From positions 3,944 through 67,943 of the forward strand of contig JAUSKM010000035.1 of the NCBI GenBank assembly GCA_030646955.1: 64,000 bases of DNA. Reading direction: 5' to 3'. Both the position numbers and the translations under genes were made by a program. This DNA comes from a bacterium. GTDB lineage: Bacteria > Patescibacteriota > Patescibacteriia > JACPHY01. Below the pieces are notes generated by a model, which was not told the DNA's origin, ran no database searches, and saw nothing but the letters and a program-made list of their open reading frames with translations. Each line of letters opens with the position of its first letter. Within the stretch, counting starts at the first letter, position 1. Of the stretch, positions 27,107-36,335 are shown in pieces.

Positions 27107-29455
27107 ATGGCTTGGCATCAGGTGCGCCACGTGCTTGGGCGTGTGATGATGGTGACCGCGTGCGTCGTGCTCGGCGTGTGCGGCATCGGCATTGGCGCGT
27201 CGGCCGTGCTTGTGCACCAGGCGGTGCGCGAGCTTCCGGAACTTCCGACGGTGCAGGCAGCATCGCTGGTCCAGGATGTTGTGTTCACGGATCGCGACGG
27301 GACGTTTGTCACGTCGCGTCGCGCTGCGACAGGAGACGCCAATCGTATCGTGGTGCCGTTTGCGTCGTTCCCGCAGCATCTCACGGATGCCGTCGTAGCG
27401 TCCGAGGATGCTCGCTTCTGGGAGCATCACGGCATTGATCCGATCGGTATCGCTCGTGCGATGGTGCGCGTCATCCTCCACGGAGATCGCCAGGGGGGCT
27501 CGACGATCCCGCAGCAGCTTCTGAAGCTCACAACGCTTGGCGGACGGCTCCCGCTGATCCGCAAGGTACAGGAGCTTTTGCTGGTGCAGCAGTTTGATGA
27601 GCAGCAAGGGAAGGCAGCGCTCCTGGAGCTCTACCTCAATGCGGTGTACTTGGGACACGGGAATGCCGGCGTGGAGGCCGCGGCACGCGACCTTTTTGGC
27701 GTGGGCGCTGCGGATCTCTCCGTGGCGGAGTCCGCACTGCTCGTGGGCATGATTCCGGCGCCATCAGCGACCTCGCCGTTCTGCAACGCCGATCTCGCGC
27801 GCGCGGCGCAGCATCGCGTGTTGCAGCGCATGGTGGTCACCAACGCGCTCACTGCGTCGGAAGCCGATGCGGTGCAGCGCACGAGTATCCGCATGCGGCT
27901 TGCAGACGATCGGGAAGATCCCGTTGTTGTGGCATCGGCGGTGGACGGAGCGTTGGCCATCATGGAGCACGCTCCCGGCGACCGCGTGGCGCTCACCGTG
28001 GATCTGCCACTACAGCGTGCGGCAACGTTCGCACTCGCGGACCGCCTCGAGCGGTACGCACAGCGGCGCGGTGAATACGCGGGTCCATGGTTTTCCATCC
28101 CAGGTATGGAGATCGAACGGTGGCGTGAGGCGCTCAAAGCACTCCGCGCGACGGTGCGGTCGTGGCACCCACAAGATCCGCTCGTCTACGATCTCCGTTG
28201 GCTGCGCGAGGGCGACGGGCCGGATGGTCTCTGCCGCTTTGGCGGCTCCATCCTCCGGCGCGCGTTGCCGAATGAGCGCGCGTCCGGTATCATCTTCGCG
28301 CGCGAAGCGTATGGCGCGCTGGTCGACCTTGGCGACATCGTCGGTGTTCTCGTTCCCGGCGCTGTCGCATGGACGAAGCAGCCGCTTGATGCCGTGGCGC
28401 CGATTGGCGCCGTGGTTGAGGTACAGCTGCCGGAACACTTCGCGGTGCATGGTGGGGAAGTTCTCGTGCAACTCGTCCCACGGCCGCTCGTGGAAGGAGC
28501 GGTGCTCGCGGTGGACCCGCGCGATGGTGCCATTCGTGCCGCTGTTGGCGGGTACGCGTTCGCGCATGGGGCGTTCAATCACGTCGTGCGGGCGCGTCGT
28601 CCCATCGGTTCCGCCGTCAAGCCGTTCATCTACGCAGCAGCGCTCGCCGCCGGCACGTTCAATCCACTCGCACCCGTGCGGGATGTTCCCGTGTCGTACG
28701 TGGATCCCTGGAGCGCAACGCTCTGGAAACCGGGGAATTGGTACGCCGGGTACAAGGGCGAGATGTTGGCGGTGGAGGCACTCGCGCGTTCGGTGAACAC
28801 GGTTGCGGTCCAGACGATCTTCAGCACCGGCGTCACCGCAACGGCGCGATTCATGGAGGCGTTGCACCCCGTGCAGCAGATCCCGCATGCGCCGGGTATC
28901 GCGCTTGGCGCGGTTGAGTGGACACCGCTCGTGCTCGCCGGGGCATACCTCCCGTTCGCACGCGGAGGATCAACGGTCCCCGTGCGATGGGTGGAGCAGG
29001 TGCAACGCGGCGGACAGACGTTTGTGCGACCCAGCGCCCCAGCACAGCCGCTTCTCGATGCATGGTTTGCCGGTACGATGGACTGGATGCTCCGACAGAC
29101 GGTGCAGGATCCGGCGGGGACCGGTCACGCGCTGGACGCGCTGGGCCTCTCGATCCGCGCAAAGACGGGCACGACGAACGATGCGCACGATGCATGGACG
29201 GTCGCGTACACGCCGGAGCTCCTCGTGGTGGCTTGGGTGGGGTATGATCACCCGCAGTCGCTGCGGAGCAGGGCAGGGGATGAGAGTAGTGTGACGCTGG
29301 CGCTCCCCATTGTCCGCGATGTTTTTGCAGCAGCACGTGCGCGTTCCATGCTCCAGGACACCAAGGAGCCGACGCTGGATACGCCGACACCGAAGGAGTT
29401 TGCAGCTGTGGATGCGCCGCGATCGTTTCGCGACGTCTTCAAGGAGGATGAGTGA
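27107..29455 (+). CDS. Penicillin-binding protein 1A family (bifunctional glycosyltransferase/transpeptidase)
   Basis: GT51 motifs (EDARFWEHHGIDPIGIARA, GGSTIPQQL) and transpeptidase motifs (SAVKPF, KTGT). N-terminal TM helix. RBS GAGAAGGAGA. Confidence 0.85.
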   Translation: MAWHQVRHVLGRVMMVTACVVLGVCGIGIGASAVLVHQAVRELPELPTVQAASLVQDVVFTDRDGTFVTSRRAATGDANRIVVPFASFPQHLTDAVVASEDARFWEHHGIDPIGIARAMVRVILHGDRQGGSTIPQQLLKLTTLGGRLPLIRKVQELLLVQQFDEQQGKAALLELYLNAVYLGHGNAGVEAAARDLFGVGAADLSVAESALLVGMIPAPSATSPFCNADLARAAQHRVLQRMVVTNALTASEADAVQRTSIRMRLADDREDPVVVASAVDGALAIMEHAPGDRVALTVDLPLQRAATFALADRLERYAQRRGEYAGPWFSIPGMEIERWREALKALRATVRSWHPQDPLVYDLRWLREGDGPDGLCRFGGSILRRALPNERASGIIFAREAYGALVDLGDIVGVLVPGAVAWTKQPLDAVAPIGAVVEVQLPEHFAVHGGEVLVQLVPRPLVEGAVLAVDPRDGAIRAAVGGYAFAHGAFNHVVRARRPIGSAVKPFIYAAALAAGTFNPLAPVRDVPVSYVDPWSATLWKPGNWYAGYKGEMLAVEALARSVNTVAVQTIFSTGVTATARFMEALHPVQQIPHAPGIALGAVEWTPLVLAGAYLPFARGGSTVPVRWVEQVQRGGQTFVRPSAPAQPLLDAWFAGTMDWMLRQTVQDPAGTGHALDALGLSIRAKTGTTNDAHDAWTVAYTPELLVVAWVGYDHPQSLRSRAGDESSVTLALPIVRDVFAAARARSMLQDTKEPTLDTPTPKEFAAVDAPRSFRDVFKEDE

Positions 29456-30126
29456 TGCGCTGGATCATGCGAGTGCTCCTCGTGCTCGTCGCAACCCTCG
29501 CAGTCGGTATCATCGTTGCGGAGGTTTTTCTCGCGGATGCGTTGCCACGCGTGCAGCAGGCGCGCGTGCCGACGGTGCAGTTCGTCGACGGATTCGGCGC
29601 GCCCGCAGCATGCGCACGGACGGCGATTCCGACATCCGTGGAGGCGTTCGCAGACGCCATGGAAACAGTCGGTGCGTCAGATCCGCGCGTCTTCGTTCGT
29701 GATCAGTATCGGTGTGCGGATGGCGTGCAACGGACCGCGCTGCTCGCCATGCTCCGCAATGCGGCGCGTGCAGGCAGTGGCACTGCGCAACCGTTGCTCG
29801 ACGCGATTACCGAGGACGCATGTCGGACCATGCTCGACGCGAGCGGCACCGAGCCGTTTGCAATCGGTACGTTGGCCGCCGCGTGTGCGCTCGCCGTGCC
29901 GCGTGCGGACGGGAGCGTCGTGCGCGTCGCCACAAATGATGAGGTCGTGCGGACATTCCGTTTTGCGCAGCATCTCGCGCTCATCCGCGCTGGTACCGCG
30001 TCGCCTGATGTCATCGTGCAGTTCTGCGAGGACATCCTGCATGTCTCGCCGCGGGCCTACCTCCAGATTTCCAGCGTCTACGACGGCATCGGTGCGCTGA
30101 ACATGGCGTACTGCAAGGAAGAATAA
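29452..30126 (+). CDS. Hypothetical membrane-anchored protein (224 aa); start overlaps the PBP stop (ATGA)
   Basis: An N-terminal TM helix followed by a soluble domain. Translationally coupled to the PBP gene. Confidence 0.5.
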   Translation: MMRWIMRVLLVLVATLAVGIIVAEVFLADALPRVQQARVPTVQFVDGFGAPAACARTAIPTSVEAFADAMETVGASDPRVFVRDQYRCADGVQRTALLAMLRNAARAGSGTAQPLLDAITEDACRTMLDASGTEPFAIGTLAAACALAVPRADGSVVRVATNDEVVRTFRFAQHLALIRAGTASPDVIVQFCEDILHVSPRAYLQISSVYDGIGALNMAYCKEE

Positions 30127-30129
30127 CCG

Positions 30130-30157
30130 CACCCCTCCCGTGTACACGGGAGGGGTG
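30130..30157. repeat. Perfect palindrome CACCCCTCCCGTG-TACA-CGGGAGGGGTG (member of the GC palindromic element family; acts as a terminator-like hairpin)
   Basis: Lies 3 nt after the stop codon. Arms are identical to the element inside the VKOR 3' end. Confidence 0.5.
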
Positions 30158-30269
30158 TTCTCATGGAATTGTATGACGCGTGGCCATGGAATGCCATACG
30201 GCGCATAGACGCTTGACGTCTTCCCCGTGCCATGCTACGGTGCAAACGCACCTTCACAAGGAGGGAGAG

Positions 30270-31496
30270 ATGATTGAGCTTTTCACGAGCGCGCTCGCTG
30301 CGCACTCGCCGTACCTCTGGGTTCTGGCGTTCGTGTCCGGCGTGGTGGCGGTTGCAACGCCATGCGTGCTTCCGATGGTTCCGGTGATCCTGGGGTTCAT
30401 CGGCGCCGGTACGGACGATGCGCGCGGTCAGGCCGCGCGCAGGGGTGGTGCATTCGTCGCGGGCATCGTCGCGACGTACTGCACCTTCGGCTTCGTCGCG
30501 GGTGCGACGGGCAGCATGGCAGGAGCAATCTTCCAGTACCCGGTCGTTCATGGCATGATGGGCGCGATGTTCATCGTGCTCGCATGCGCGATGTTCGGAG
30601 TGTATGAGCTTCAGCTTCCGTTCGCGGTGCGCCAGCGGCTTGCGTCGGTCGGCGGCGCGAGCACCATTGGCGCGTGCGGCGCTGGCGCGGCTGCGGGGCT
30701 GCTTGCACTCCCGTGCACCGGCCCGGTGCTCGCCGCGATTCTCGCGGTCGTCGGCACCGAGGGCGATGCGGTGTTTGGCGCTGGGTTGCTGGCAGTGCAT
30801 GCGATCGGCTTTGGCCTCCCGTTCTTCTGCATCGGCATCGGGGCTGCCAGTATGCCACGGCGTGGCGCATGGATGGATGCGGTGAAATGGACGCTCGGCG
30901 TTGCGCTCTGCATCTGTGCGTGGTGGTTCTTCCGCAATGCGGTGCCCACATTCCGTTCGCTGGGAGCGTCGCTCCCCATTGGTGGCGTCACGTTGCTGCT
31001 CGGAGGGGTCGCCCTCGCCATCGGTACCGTGACATTCAGGGCCACATACGAGATGCGGCGCGGCATGCGCGTGGTGCGCGGCGGAGCCGGCGTTCTGGCG
31101 ATCATGGTGGGCGCAGTGCTCGTGAACGCGCTCGCAACTTCCGCGACAGACGGATGGTGTGCGGAGGACGCATCCGGTGCTTGTCTCGCGCGTGCGTGCG
31201 ATGGCACGGGGCTTGTCGTGGTGGACTTCGGCGCGGAGTGGTGCGTCGCGTGCCACGAGCTCGACGCGACAACGCTTGCGGATGCCGCGGTCGCAGATGC
31301 GCTCGCTTCGCATGGCCGCATCCGTGTTGATGTGGATGCAGCGCCTGCAATTGCGGAGCGGTACGCGCCACGCGGCTTGCCGACCATTGCCTTCCTCGAC
31401 AGCTCCTGCAACCGCGAGGTGGGCAGAATCGAGGGGAAGGTGGATGCCGCGCAATTCCTCGACGCTCTTTACGCAGCGGAAGTCGCCATGCGATGA
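30270..31496 (+). CDS. dsbD: Thiol:disulfide interchange protein DsbD/CcdA-like (CcdA transmembrane domain fused to a C-terminal thioredoxin domain)
   Basis: TM cysteines ATPCVLP and LPCTGPVLA and a C-terminal Trx CxxC (AEWCVACHELD). RBS AAGGAGGGAGAG. Confidence 0.75.
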   Translation: MIELFTSALAAHSPYLWVLAFVSGVVAVATPCVLPMVPVILGFIGAGTDDARGQAARRGGAFVAGIVATYCTFGFVAGATGSMAGAIFQYPVVHGMMGAMFIVLACAMFGVYELQLPFAVRQRLASVGGASTIGACGAGAAAGLLALPCTGPVLAAILAVVGTEGDAVFGAGLLAVHAIGFGLPFFCIGIGAASMPRRGAWMDAVKWTLGVALCICAWWFFRNAVPTFRSLGASLPIGGVTLLLGGVALAIGTVTFRATYEMRRGMRVVRGGAGVLAIMVGAVLVNALATSATDGWCAEDASGACLARACDGTGLVVVDFGAEWCVACHELDATTLADAAVADALASHGRIRVDVDAAPAIAERYAPRGLPTIAFLDSSCNREVGRIEGKVDAAQFLDALYAAEVAMR

Positions 31497-31507
31497 TGGG
31501 AGTGCTA

Positions 31508-31854
31508 TGGCAACGCTCTACTGCTACGGATGTGCGCCGGAGCACGTCGCCGCGCTCCAATCCATCGCGCAGCGGATGCGCTACACGATCGTGGATCTCC
31601 CGGCGCTCAGCGCGATTCCTGCGGAGATGGATGATCCCGCATGTTTTGCGGTGCCCTTCAGCACGATCTTTGATCTCCTGCAGTGTCTGAAGCAGCATCC
31701 CAGCGCAACAGGGATGAAGGTGCTCACGCTGCTCCCCGCAGGGTTCCGTCGCGACGTGCAATCGGAATCCATCGACGGGTACACCGTCATCTATCTTCCA
31801 GAGGATCTCCTCGGCGACGCGCAACGCGCGTTTGCGGAGCTCCCAATGCAATAA
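31508..31854 (+). CDS. Hypothetical protein (115 aa)
   Basis: An ORF following dsbD that ends before the CCCCCC...GGGGGG hairpin at 31855-31890. Confidence 0.4.
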
Positions 31855-31890
31855 CCCCCCAATGATTACCATGGGGGGTTCATGTTTTCT
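31855..31890 (+). terminator. Hairpin CCCCCC-aatgattaccat-GGGGGG + TTCATGTTTTCTTC
   Basis: Inverted C6/G6 runs followed by a U-rich tract. Confidence 0.4.
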
Positions 31891-32847
31891 TCTATGCAGC
31901 AACAAGATCATCGTGCGCCATCAGACATGCCCGACGCTGCGCGCGCGTCGCACGAGCGTGCCCCAACGGTGCCTGATGCGGGGTCAGAGAGAAACCCGAG
32001 GACCATTTTTGAACAGCACGAGCACATCGAGCGTCCGATCCCATGGGAGGATACGCCATCGGCGCGGTTGCGCGATGCGCTTGATCTTCTCACGCCAGAG
32101 GTGCCACAGGACCTCCGTGAGCGTGCGCGCGACACAGCGTTTGCGGGTGCGCATACAGACCTCGGTGCATTGAAGGAGCTCCTCGGCAATGACGCGCTTG
32201 CCCGACGCGTTGCGACGCTCGCAGAAAAAACTGCGGGCAGAAAAACGGTAGGTGGGTCGCTCGTAGACACGGTCATAGGCGCATTCGAGGTAAGCGAGTT
32301 TCTTGAAAACAGCTTCGCCGTTGCGCGTGCGCTTCGGTGGCTTGGCGAAACGACAGGACGCACGGATCTCCATGTCGTGTATCCGGCATCGGGCGCAGAC
32401 GCGAGTGGTCTCCTTAATTACCTCGACCGTACGCCGGTCGCATCCGTGGATTGTGTGACCACCGGCGGGCCACAGGGTGCGGATGTCAAAGCACGCGCGA
32501 AAGGGCGAGAGGGGCGACTCATCCCAAAAATTATTGAAGCAGCCATCACCGATGGCGATCTTTCTGCGGGGTGTGCCGATGCGATCCTGCTCGACACCAC
32601 GGGCGTTGCTGTCACACATGGCGATGCGTTCCGGGCCATTGATCATCTCCTCGCGCCGGGCGGTATCATCGTTGCAACTGGCGCGGGGTACATGAGTAGC
32701 ATGAGCATTGTTCGTGATACCCTTGCCCGCCTCCCTGCGGATCGCTACCGTCTCGTGGGGCGCAGCGGCAATGCGTACATTATCGAGCGCATCGCAACGG
32801 CTGTACCAGCAGACGACGGTCACGATGCGACGATCGTGGGAGCGTAG
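31882..32847 (+). CDS. Hypothetical protein (321 aa)
   Basis: No recognised motif. The start is uncertain. Confidence 0.45.
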   Translation: MFSSMQQQDHRAPSDMPDAARASHERAPTVPDAGSERNPRTIFEQHEHIERPIPWEDTPSARLRDALDLLTPEVPQDLRERARDTAFAGAHTDLGALKELLGNDALARRVATLAEKTAGRKTVGGSLVDTVIGAFEVSEFLENSFAVARALRWLGETTGRTDLHVVYPASGADASGLLNYLDRTPVASVDCVTTGGPQGADVKARAKGREGRLIPKIIEAAITDGDLSAGCADAILLDTTGVAVTHGDAFRAIDHLLAPGGIIVATGAGYMSSMSIVRDTLARLPADRYRLVGRSGNAYIIERIATAVPADDGHDATIVGA

Positions 32848-32865
32848 AAGACGTGGTATTTTTGC

Positions 32866-33933
32866 ATGGATTTTCGTACTAATGATTTTGACTACGAGCT
32901 TCCGCGTGAGGCGATTGCGCAGCCGCCGGCGCGGCGGGATCGCTCGCGGATGTTGGTGCTCCGCCGGAGTGATGATGGCATGGAGCACCGGACGATACGC
33001 GATTTTCCCGCGCTGCTGGCGCCGGGGGATTGTGTCGTGCGGAATGACACCAAGGTGTTCAAGGCGCGCGTGCATGGCACCATCGAAGGAAAAAATATCG
33101 AGCTGCTGCTCGTGCGGCCGCGGTCGTACGATCTTCAGGCGCGTGGGGAGCAATCCGAGTGGCTCGTGCTCGCAAAGCCGGCGCGGCGACTTTCGGTGGG
33201 CGCGACGGTGCGTATCGACGCGATCGTCGGGAGTGTCCGAGAGCGGGAAGCGGACGGGAGCGTGTGGCTGGCATTCGACTGTAGTACGGCAGCGGTCATT
33301 GCAACCGCGAATCGCATAGGCGAGGTACCAACGCCGCCATACGTCACGGGCAGCGTGGAGCAGTTGGAGGAGTATCAGACGAGCTACGCCGCGCACGAGG
33401 GATCCGTTGCTGCGCCAACCGCGGGCTTCCATCTCACCGATCGCATGTGCCAGGAGTTGAACACAAAAGGTGTTCGTATTGTTTCGCTCACGCTCCACGT
33501 CGGCCTCGGCACGTTTCAGCCTATTCGCGCGGAGCGGCTGGCAGACCACGCCATGCACGCGGAGTGGGTGTCCATTCCGCAGGAGACCATCGAGACGATT
33601 ACAGCAACGAAGCGCGCGGGCGGCCGTGTGGTTGCCATCGGCACCACAACCCTGCGCGCATTGGAGGGCGCATGGATGGAACAAGGAGCGCTGCGACCGT
33701 TCTCTGGGCCCGTGGATTGTTTCATTATTCCCGGCCACGCGTTTCCCGTCGTGGACGCGCTGCTCACCAATTTTCATCTTCCGCGTTCGACGCTCCTCGT
33801 GTTGGTGTCTGCATTTGTCGCACCCGGGGAACGCTCCCTGCGCGGTCGCGATATGGTGCTGCGCGCGTACCGCGAGGCCTTGGCGCAGGGCTATCGTTTC
33901 TATAGCTTTGGTGATTCCATGTTTATCGCGTGA
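32866..33933 (+). CDS. queA: S-adenosylmethionine:tRNA ribosyltransferase-isomerase
   Basis: N-terminal FDYELPREAIAQ and the C-terminal LTNFHLPRSTLL...YRFYSFGDSM signature. Confidence 0.9.
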   Translation: MDFRTNDFDYELPREAIAQPPARRDRSRMLVLRRSDDGMEHRTIRDFPALLAPGDCVVRNDTKVFKARVHGTIEGKNIELLLVRPRSYDLQARGEQSEWLVLAKPARRLSVGATVRIDAIVGSVREREADGSVWLAFDCSTAAVIATANRIGEVPTPPYVTGSVEQLEEYQTSYAAHEGSVAAPTAGFHLTDRMCQELNTKGVRIVSLTLHVGLGTFQPIRAERLADHAMHAEWVSIPQETIETITATKRAGGRVVAIGTTTLRALEGAWMEQGALRPFSGPVDCFIIPGHAFPVVDALLTNFHLPRSTLLVLVSAFVAPGERSLRGRDMVLRAYREALAQGYRFYSFGDSMFIA

Positions 33934-34011
33934 TTCCGGGCGCTCGTATTGACAGCGTATCGGCGCGTGGTAATGTTCCCCGCAGCTCCTTTTCCCCCAT
34001 GGGAGGGTGTC

Positions 34012-34845
34012 ATGAGTGAGCAGGAATTCTGTCCTCGGCGTGTCGTGCTGGATATCGAGACGGTCGCGTGTCCGTTGGAGACGTTCAGTGAGCAGGAGCG
34101 CTCCTACCTCGCTGCGCGTGCAAGACAAGAGGGCGATACCGATGCTGCTGCCGAAGAGCGTGCAGCGAACGTGTTTGCGCTCTCGGCGCTCACGGCGCAG
34201 GTGGCGCTCATTGGTGCGCTCAATCCCGATACCCAGCGCGCGCGGCTCTACCTCCTGGTGCCGCCGGATGCGTCCAGTGCAGGGCAGGCGCAGTGGGATG
34301 TCGCGCGCGCGGCGAAGGATGAGATCGAGACCGCCACGGAGCGGCGTGTCGACGTCGTGCTTTCGGAGTTCGAATCCGGGCTCCTTGCAGCGTTCTGGAA
34401 GGACCTTGCGCGTTTTCAACAGGTCATCACGTTCAACGGGCGCGCTTTCGATGGTCCTTTCCTCATGTATCGCTCCATGATGTGCGATGTCGCAGCAACG
34501 CGCGATCTCGTGGGAAAGCGCTACGATGACGCGCTCATTGACTTGGCAGATCGTTTGACGTTCTTTGGTGCCACGCGTGATCGCTACACCATGGATTTCT
34601 GGTGTCGCCGACTCGGCATCGTATCGCCCAAGGAGTCCATGACCGGCGATGTGTTCGGTGAGCGTTGGCGGGCAGGGGAGCTGGAGCAGTGCTGCCGGTA
34701 CAATCTCAACGATCTCCGCGCGACCGCGCAACTCTTCGACCGGTACATCGCCGCGTTTGGGGGGATCTTCCATCTTCGTAGGAACGGCGAACCGGTGACG
34801 CCGCCCGCCGGCAATCGTACGAACGCGACAGCGAAACAGGAGTAG
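34012..34845 (+). CDS. Predicted 3'-5' exonuclease, RNase H-like, PolB-exonuclease-related (copy 2, paralog of 5010..5678)
   Basis: VVLDIETVA, ITFNGRAFDGPFL and YNLNDLRATAQLF align to the same blocks as copy 1. RBS GGGAGGG. Confidence 0.65.
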   Translation: MSEQEFCPRRVVLDIETVACPLETFSEQERSYLAARARQEGDTDAAAEERAANVFALSALTAQVALIGALNPDTQRARLYLLVPPDASSAGQAQWDVARAAKDEIETATERRVDVVLSEFESGLLAAFWKDLARFQQVITFNGRAFDGPFLMYRSMMCDVAATRDLVGKRYDDALIDLADRLTFFGATRDRYTMDFWCRRLGIVSPKESMTGDVFGERWRAGELEQCCRYNLNDLRATAQLFDRYIAAFGGIFHLRRNGEPVTPPAGNRTNATAKQE

Positions 34846-34866
34846 CGCGCGCCGGACGTAACGCAA

Positions 34867-34900
34867 CGACCTCGAGATATCGAGGTCGTTTCACTTTTCC
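34867..34900 (+). terminator. Terminator CGACCTCG-agatat-CGAGGTCG + TTTCACTTTTCC
   Basis: Perfect 8-bp palindrome followed by a U-rich tract. Confidence 0.55.
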
Positions 34901-34916
34901 ACAGTTTGGGTATTGT

Positions 34917-34934
34917 TGTTCGGTTTATGTTCGG
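34917..34934 (+). promoter_or_regulatory. Tandem direct repeat TGTTCGG-N4-TGTTCGG (11-nt periodicity) upstream of lexA; same motif upstream of mraZ
   Basis: TGTTCGGTTTATGTTCGG here versus TGTTCGGTTCTTGTTCGG at 48551-48568. Confidence 0.35.
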
Positions 34935-34974
34935 GGATACTGGATAGAGACCCCCACAAATCGCTTCGTGTGCG

Positions 34975-35589
34975 TTGTTCCACATGCTCTCTATGCCTCT
35001 CACCAAACGCCAGCGTGAAGTATTGAGCTTCATCGTGAACTACGTGCGCGAGCACGATTTCGCGCCGTCTATCAGGGAGATCGCAGATGGGTTGGGCGTG
35101 TCGTCGCCCGCGACCATCCATGAGCACCTGGAGACGCTTCGTCAAGCGGGGTGCATTGCAGGATCCGGATCGCGCGCGTGCATGCCCACGGAGCAGACGC
35201 TCGGCATGGGGCGATCGTTTGCGCTTCCGCTCCTGGGCACCATTGCAGCGGGGCGCCCCATTGAAGCGGTAGAGGAGAAAGAGACGATCGCTGTTCCTGC
35301 GGACTTTGTGGTGGATGGATTGAACTCCTATGTGCTCCGGGTGCAAGGCGATTCCATGATTGAGGAAGGAATCTTTGACGGCGACTACGTTGTCGTCGAG
35401 CGTAATCCATCCCCCCGCGATGGCCAAGTTATCGTCGCGCTCCTCAACAACGATCACGCCACGCTCAAGAAGTTCTACCGCGAGCGCACCCGTATCCGTC
35501 TTGAGCCAGCCAACGCAACGATGAAGCCGATTTTTGTTCGAGATTGTATCGTGCAGGGAGTCGTCCGCGCCGTTATGCGGAGGTACTAA
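34975..35589 (+). CDS. lexA: LexA repressor (S24 peptidase)
   Basis: N-terminal wHTH (LTKRQREVLSFIVNYVREHDFAPSIREIADGLG), cleavage-site region AAGRPI, and the catalytic block VQGDSMIEEGI...K. Confidence 0.85.
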   Translation: MFHMLSMPLTKRQREVLSFIVNYVREHDFAPSIREIADGLGVSSPATIHEHLETLRQAGCIAGSGSRACMPTEQTLGMGRSFALPLLGTIAAGRPIEAVEEKETIAVPADFVVDGLNSYVLRVQGDSMIEEGIFDGDYVVVERNPSPRDGQVIVALLNNDHATLKKFYRERTRIRLEPANATMKPIFVRDCIVQGVVRAVMRRY

Positions 35590-35644
35590 GCAGTGGTACG
35601 ATATTTTTCTATGGCCTCACTGCAATTCAAGGGAAAGGGGATCG

Positions 35645-35878
35645 ATGTCGGAGCGGGGGAAGGCGGTTGATGCGCTGTATGTCATCGAGACAAAAGGCGA
35701 GCATGTAATTGGCGATATTGATACCCAATACAAAGAAGCACTCGCCGCGCTCTGCAATCAAGAAGCCAAAAAGGCCGACCCACGAAAGCTCTCCCTGGCG
35801 ATCGCGCAAATTCCACTCCATTGCAGTGTGCTCAAGCAGAGCGAGTGGGAGCGGCGGCTTAATGAGGTGTTTGGGTAA
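35645..35878 (+). CDS. Small hypothetical protein (77 aa) downstream of lexA
   Basis: RBS AAAGGGGA. Lower-GC stretch. Function unknown. Confidence 0.4.
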   Translation: MSERGKAVDALYVIETKGEHVIGDIDTQYKEALAALCNQEAKKADPRKLSLAIAQIPLHCSVLKQSEWERRLNEVFG

Positions 35879-35880
35879 GT

Positions 35881-36102
35881 ATGAAAACGAGGAGTACCGT
35901 AGGATTGGTTGCGCTCGGCATTTTGGTGACCGGGATTGTGTTATGGTACGGTGCGATGCATGTGACGCGGTGTTACTGGCGGGTGTGCGGGATAGATTGC
36001 GGGTTTAGTGATACAGTCGTTGTCATCGACAACGGAGAGATACGAATGGAAGATGCTCCAGGACTTTGGCAGACTGTGGCCAGGGAAAATTTTTGTTTCT
36101 GA
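35881..36102 (+). CDS. Small hypothetical membrane protein (73 aa, N-terminal TM)
   Basis: Starts 2 nt after the previous stop. Lower GC. Confidence 0.35.
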   Translation: MKTRSTVGLVALGILVTGIVLWYGAMHVTRCYWRVCGIDCGFSDTVVVIDNGEIRMEDAPGLWQTVARENFCF

Positions 36103-36325
36103 AGCGTCAGGGTCCGTGCATGTGAGATTGCCGCATCGCGGGCTCCTCCGACGTTCCAAGTCAAGAGGAAGTAGCCGGAGTCCCGAATTGGTTTCGGGGC
36201 TTGCAATGACGAGAGGACGGAGGGGCGTGTGAGATTTTTCGCGGAGTCTGTCCTGGTGAGCCGACCGCAGGGAGTCCTGAGCGCAGCGAAGGAGCTGGCC
36301 GCGAGTCGAACGGGTTCGAAATGAC
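36100..36325. repeat. Second locus of the GTCATT/AATGAC repeat family (motifs AATGACGAGAG, GTGAGATTT, CGCGGAGTCTG, TCGAAATGAC)
   Basis: Shares several 9-12-mers with 2571-2771, some in inverted orientation. Contains the palindrome TCGAAC-GG-GTTCGA. Confidence 0.45.
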
Positions 36326-36335
36326 GGGTGTTCGT

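Noticed and set aside
34861-34975. A canonical LexA operator, CGAAC-N4-GTTCG or CTGT-N8-ACAG, in the lexA promoter region
   Set aside because: Neither consensus is present. The only conspicuous element is the direct repeat TGTTCGG-N4-TGTTCGG, reported as a separate candidate site, and the preceding palindrome is a terminator for the upstream gene.
36306-36319. Palindrome TCGAAC-GG-GTTCGA as a LexA/Cheo-type SOS box upstream of the Pif1-WYL helicase
   Set aside because: The spacer is 2 nt rather than the 4 nt of CGAAC-N4-GTTCG-type boxes. The sequence is also part of the dispersed GTCATT/AATGAC repeat: a TCGAAATGAC terminus also occurs at 2762-2771. No matching site was found upstream of lexA itself.
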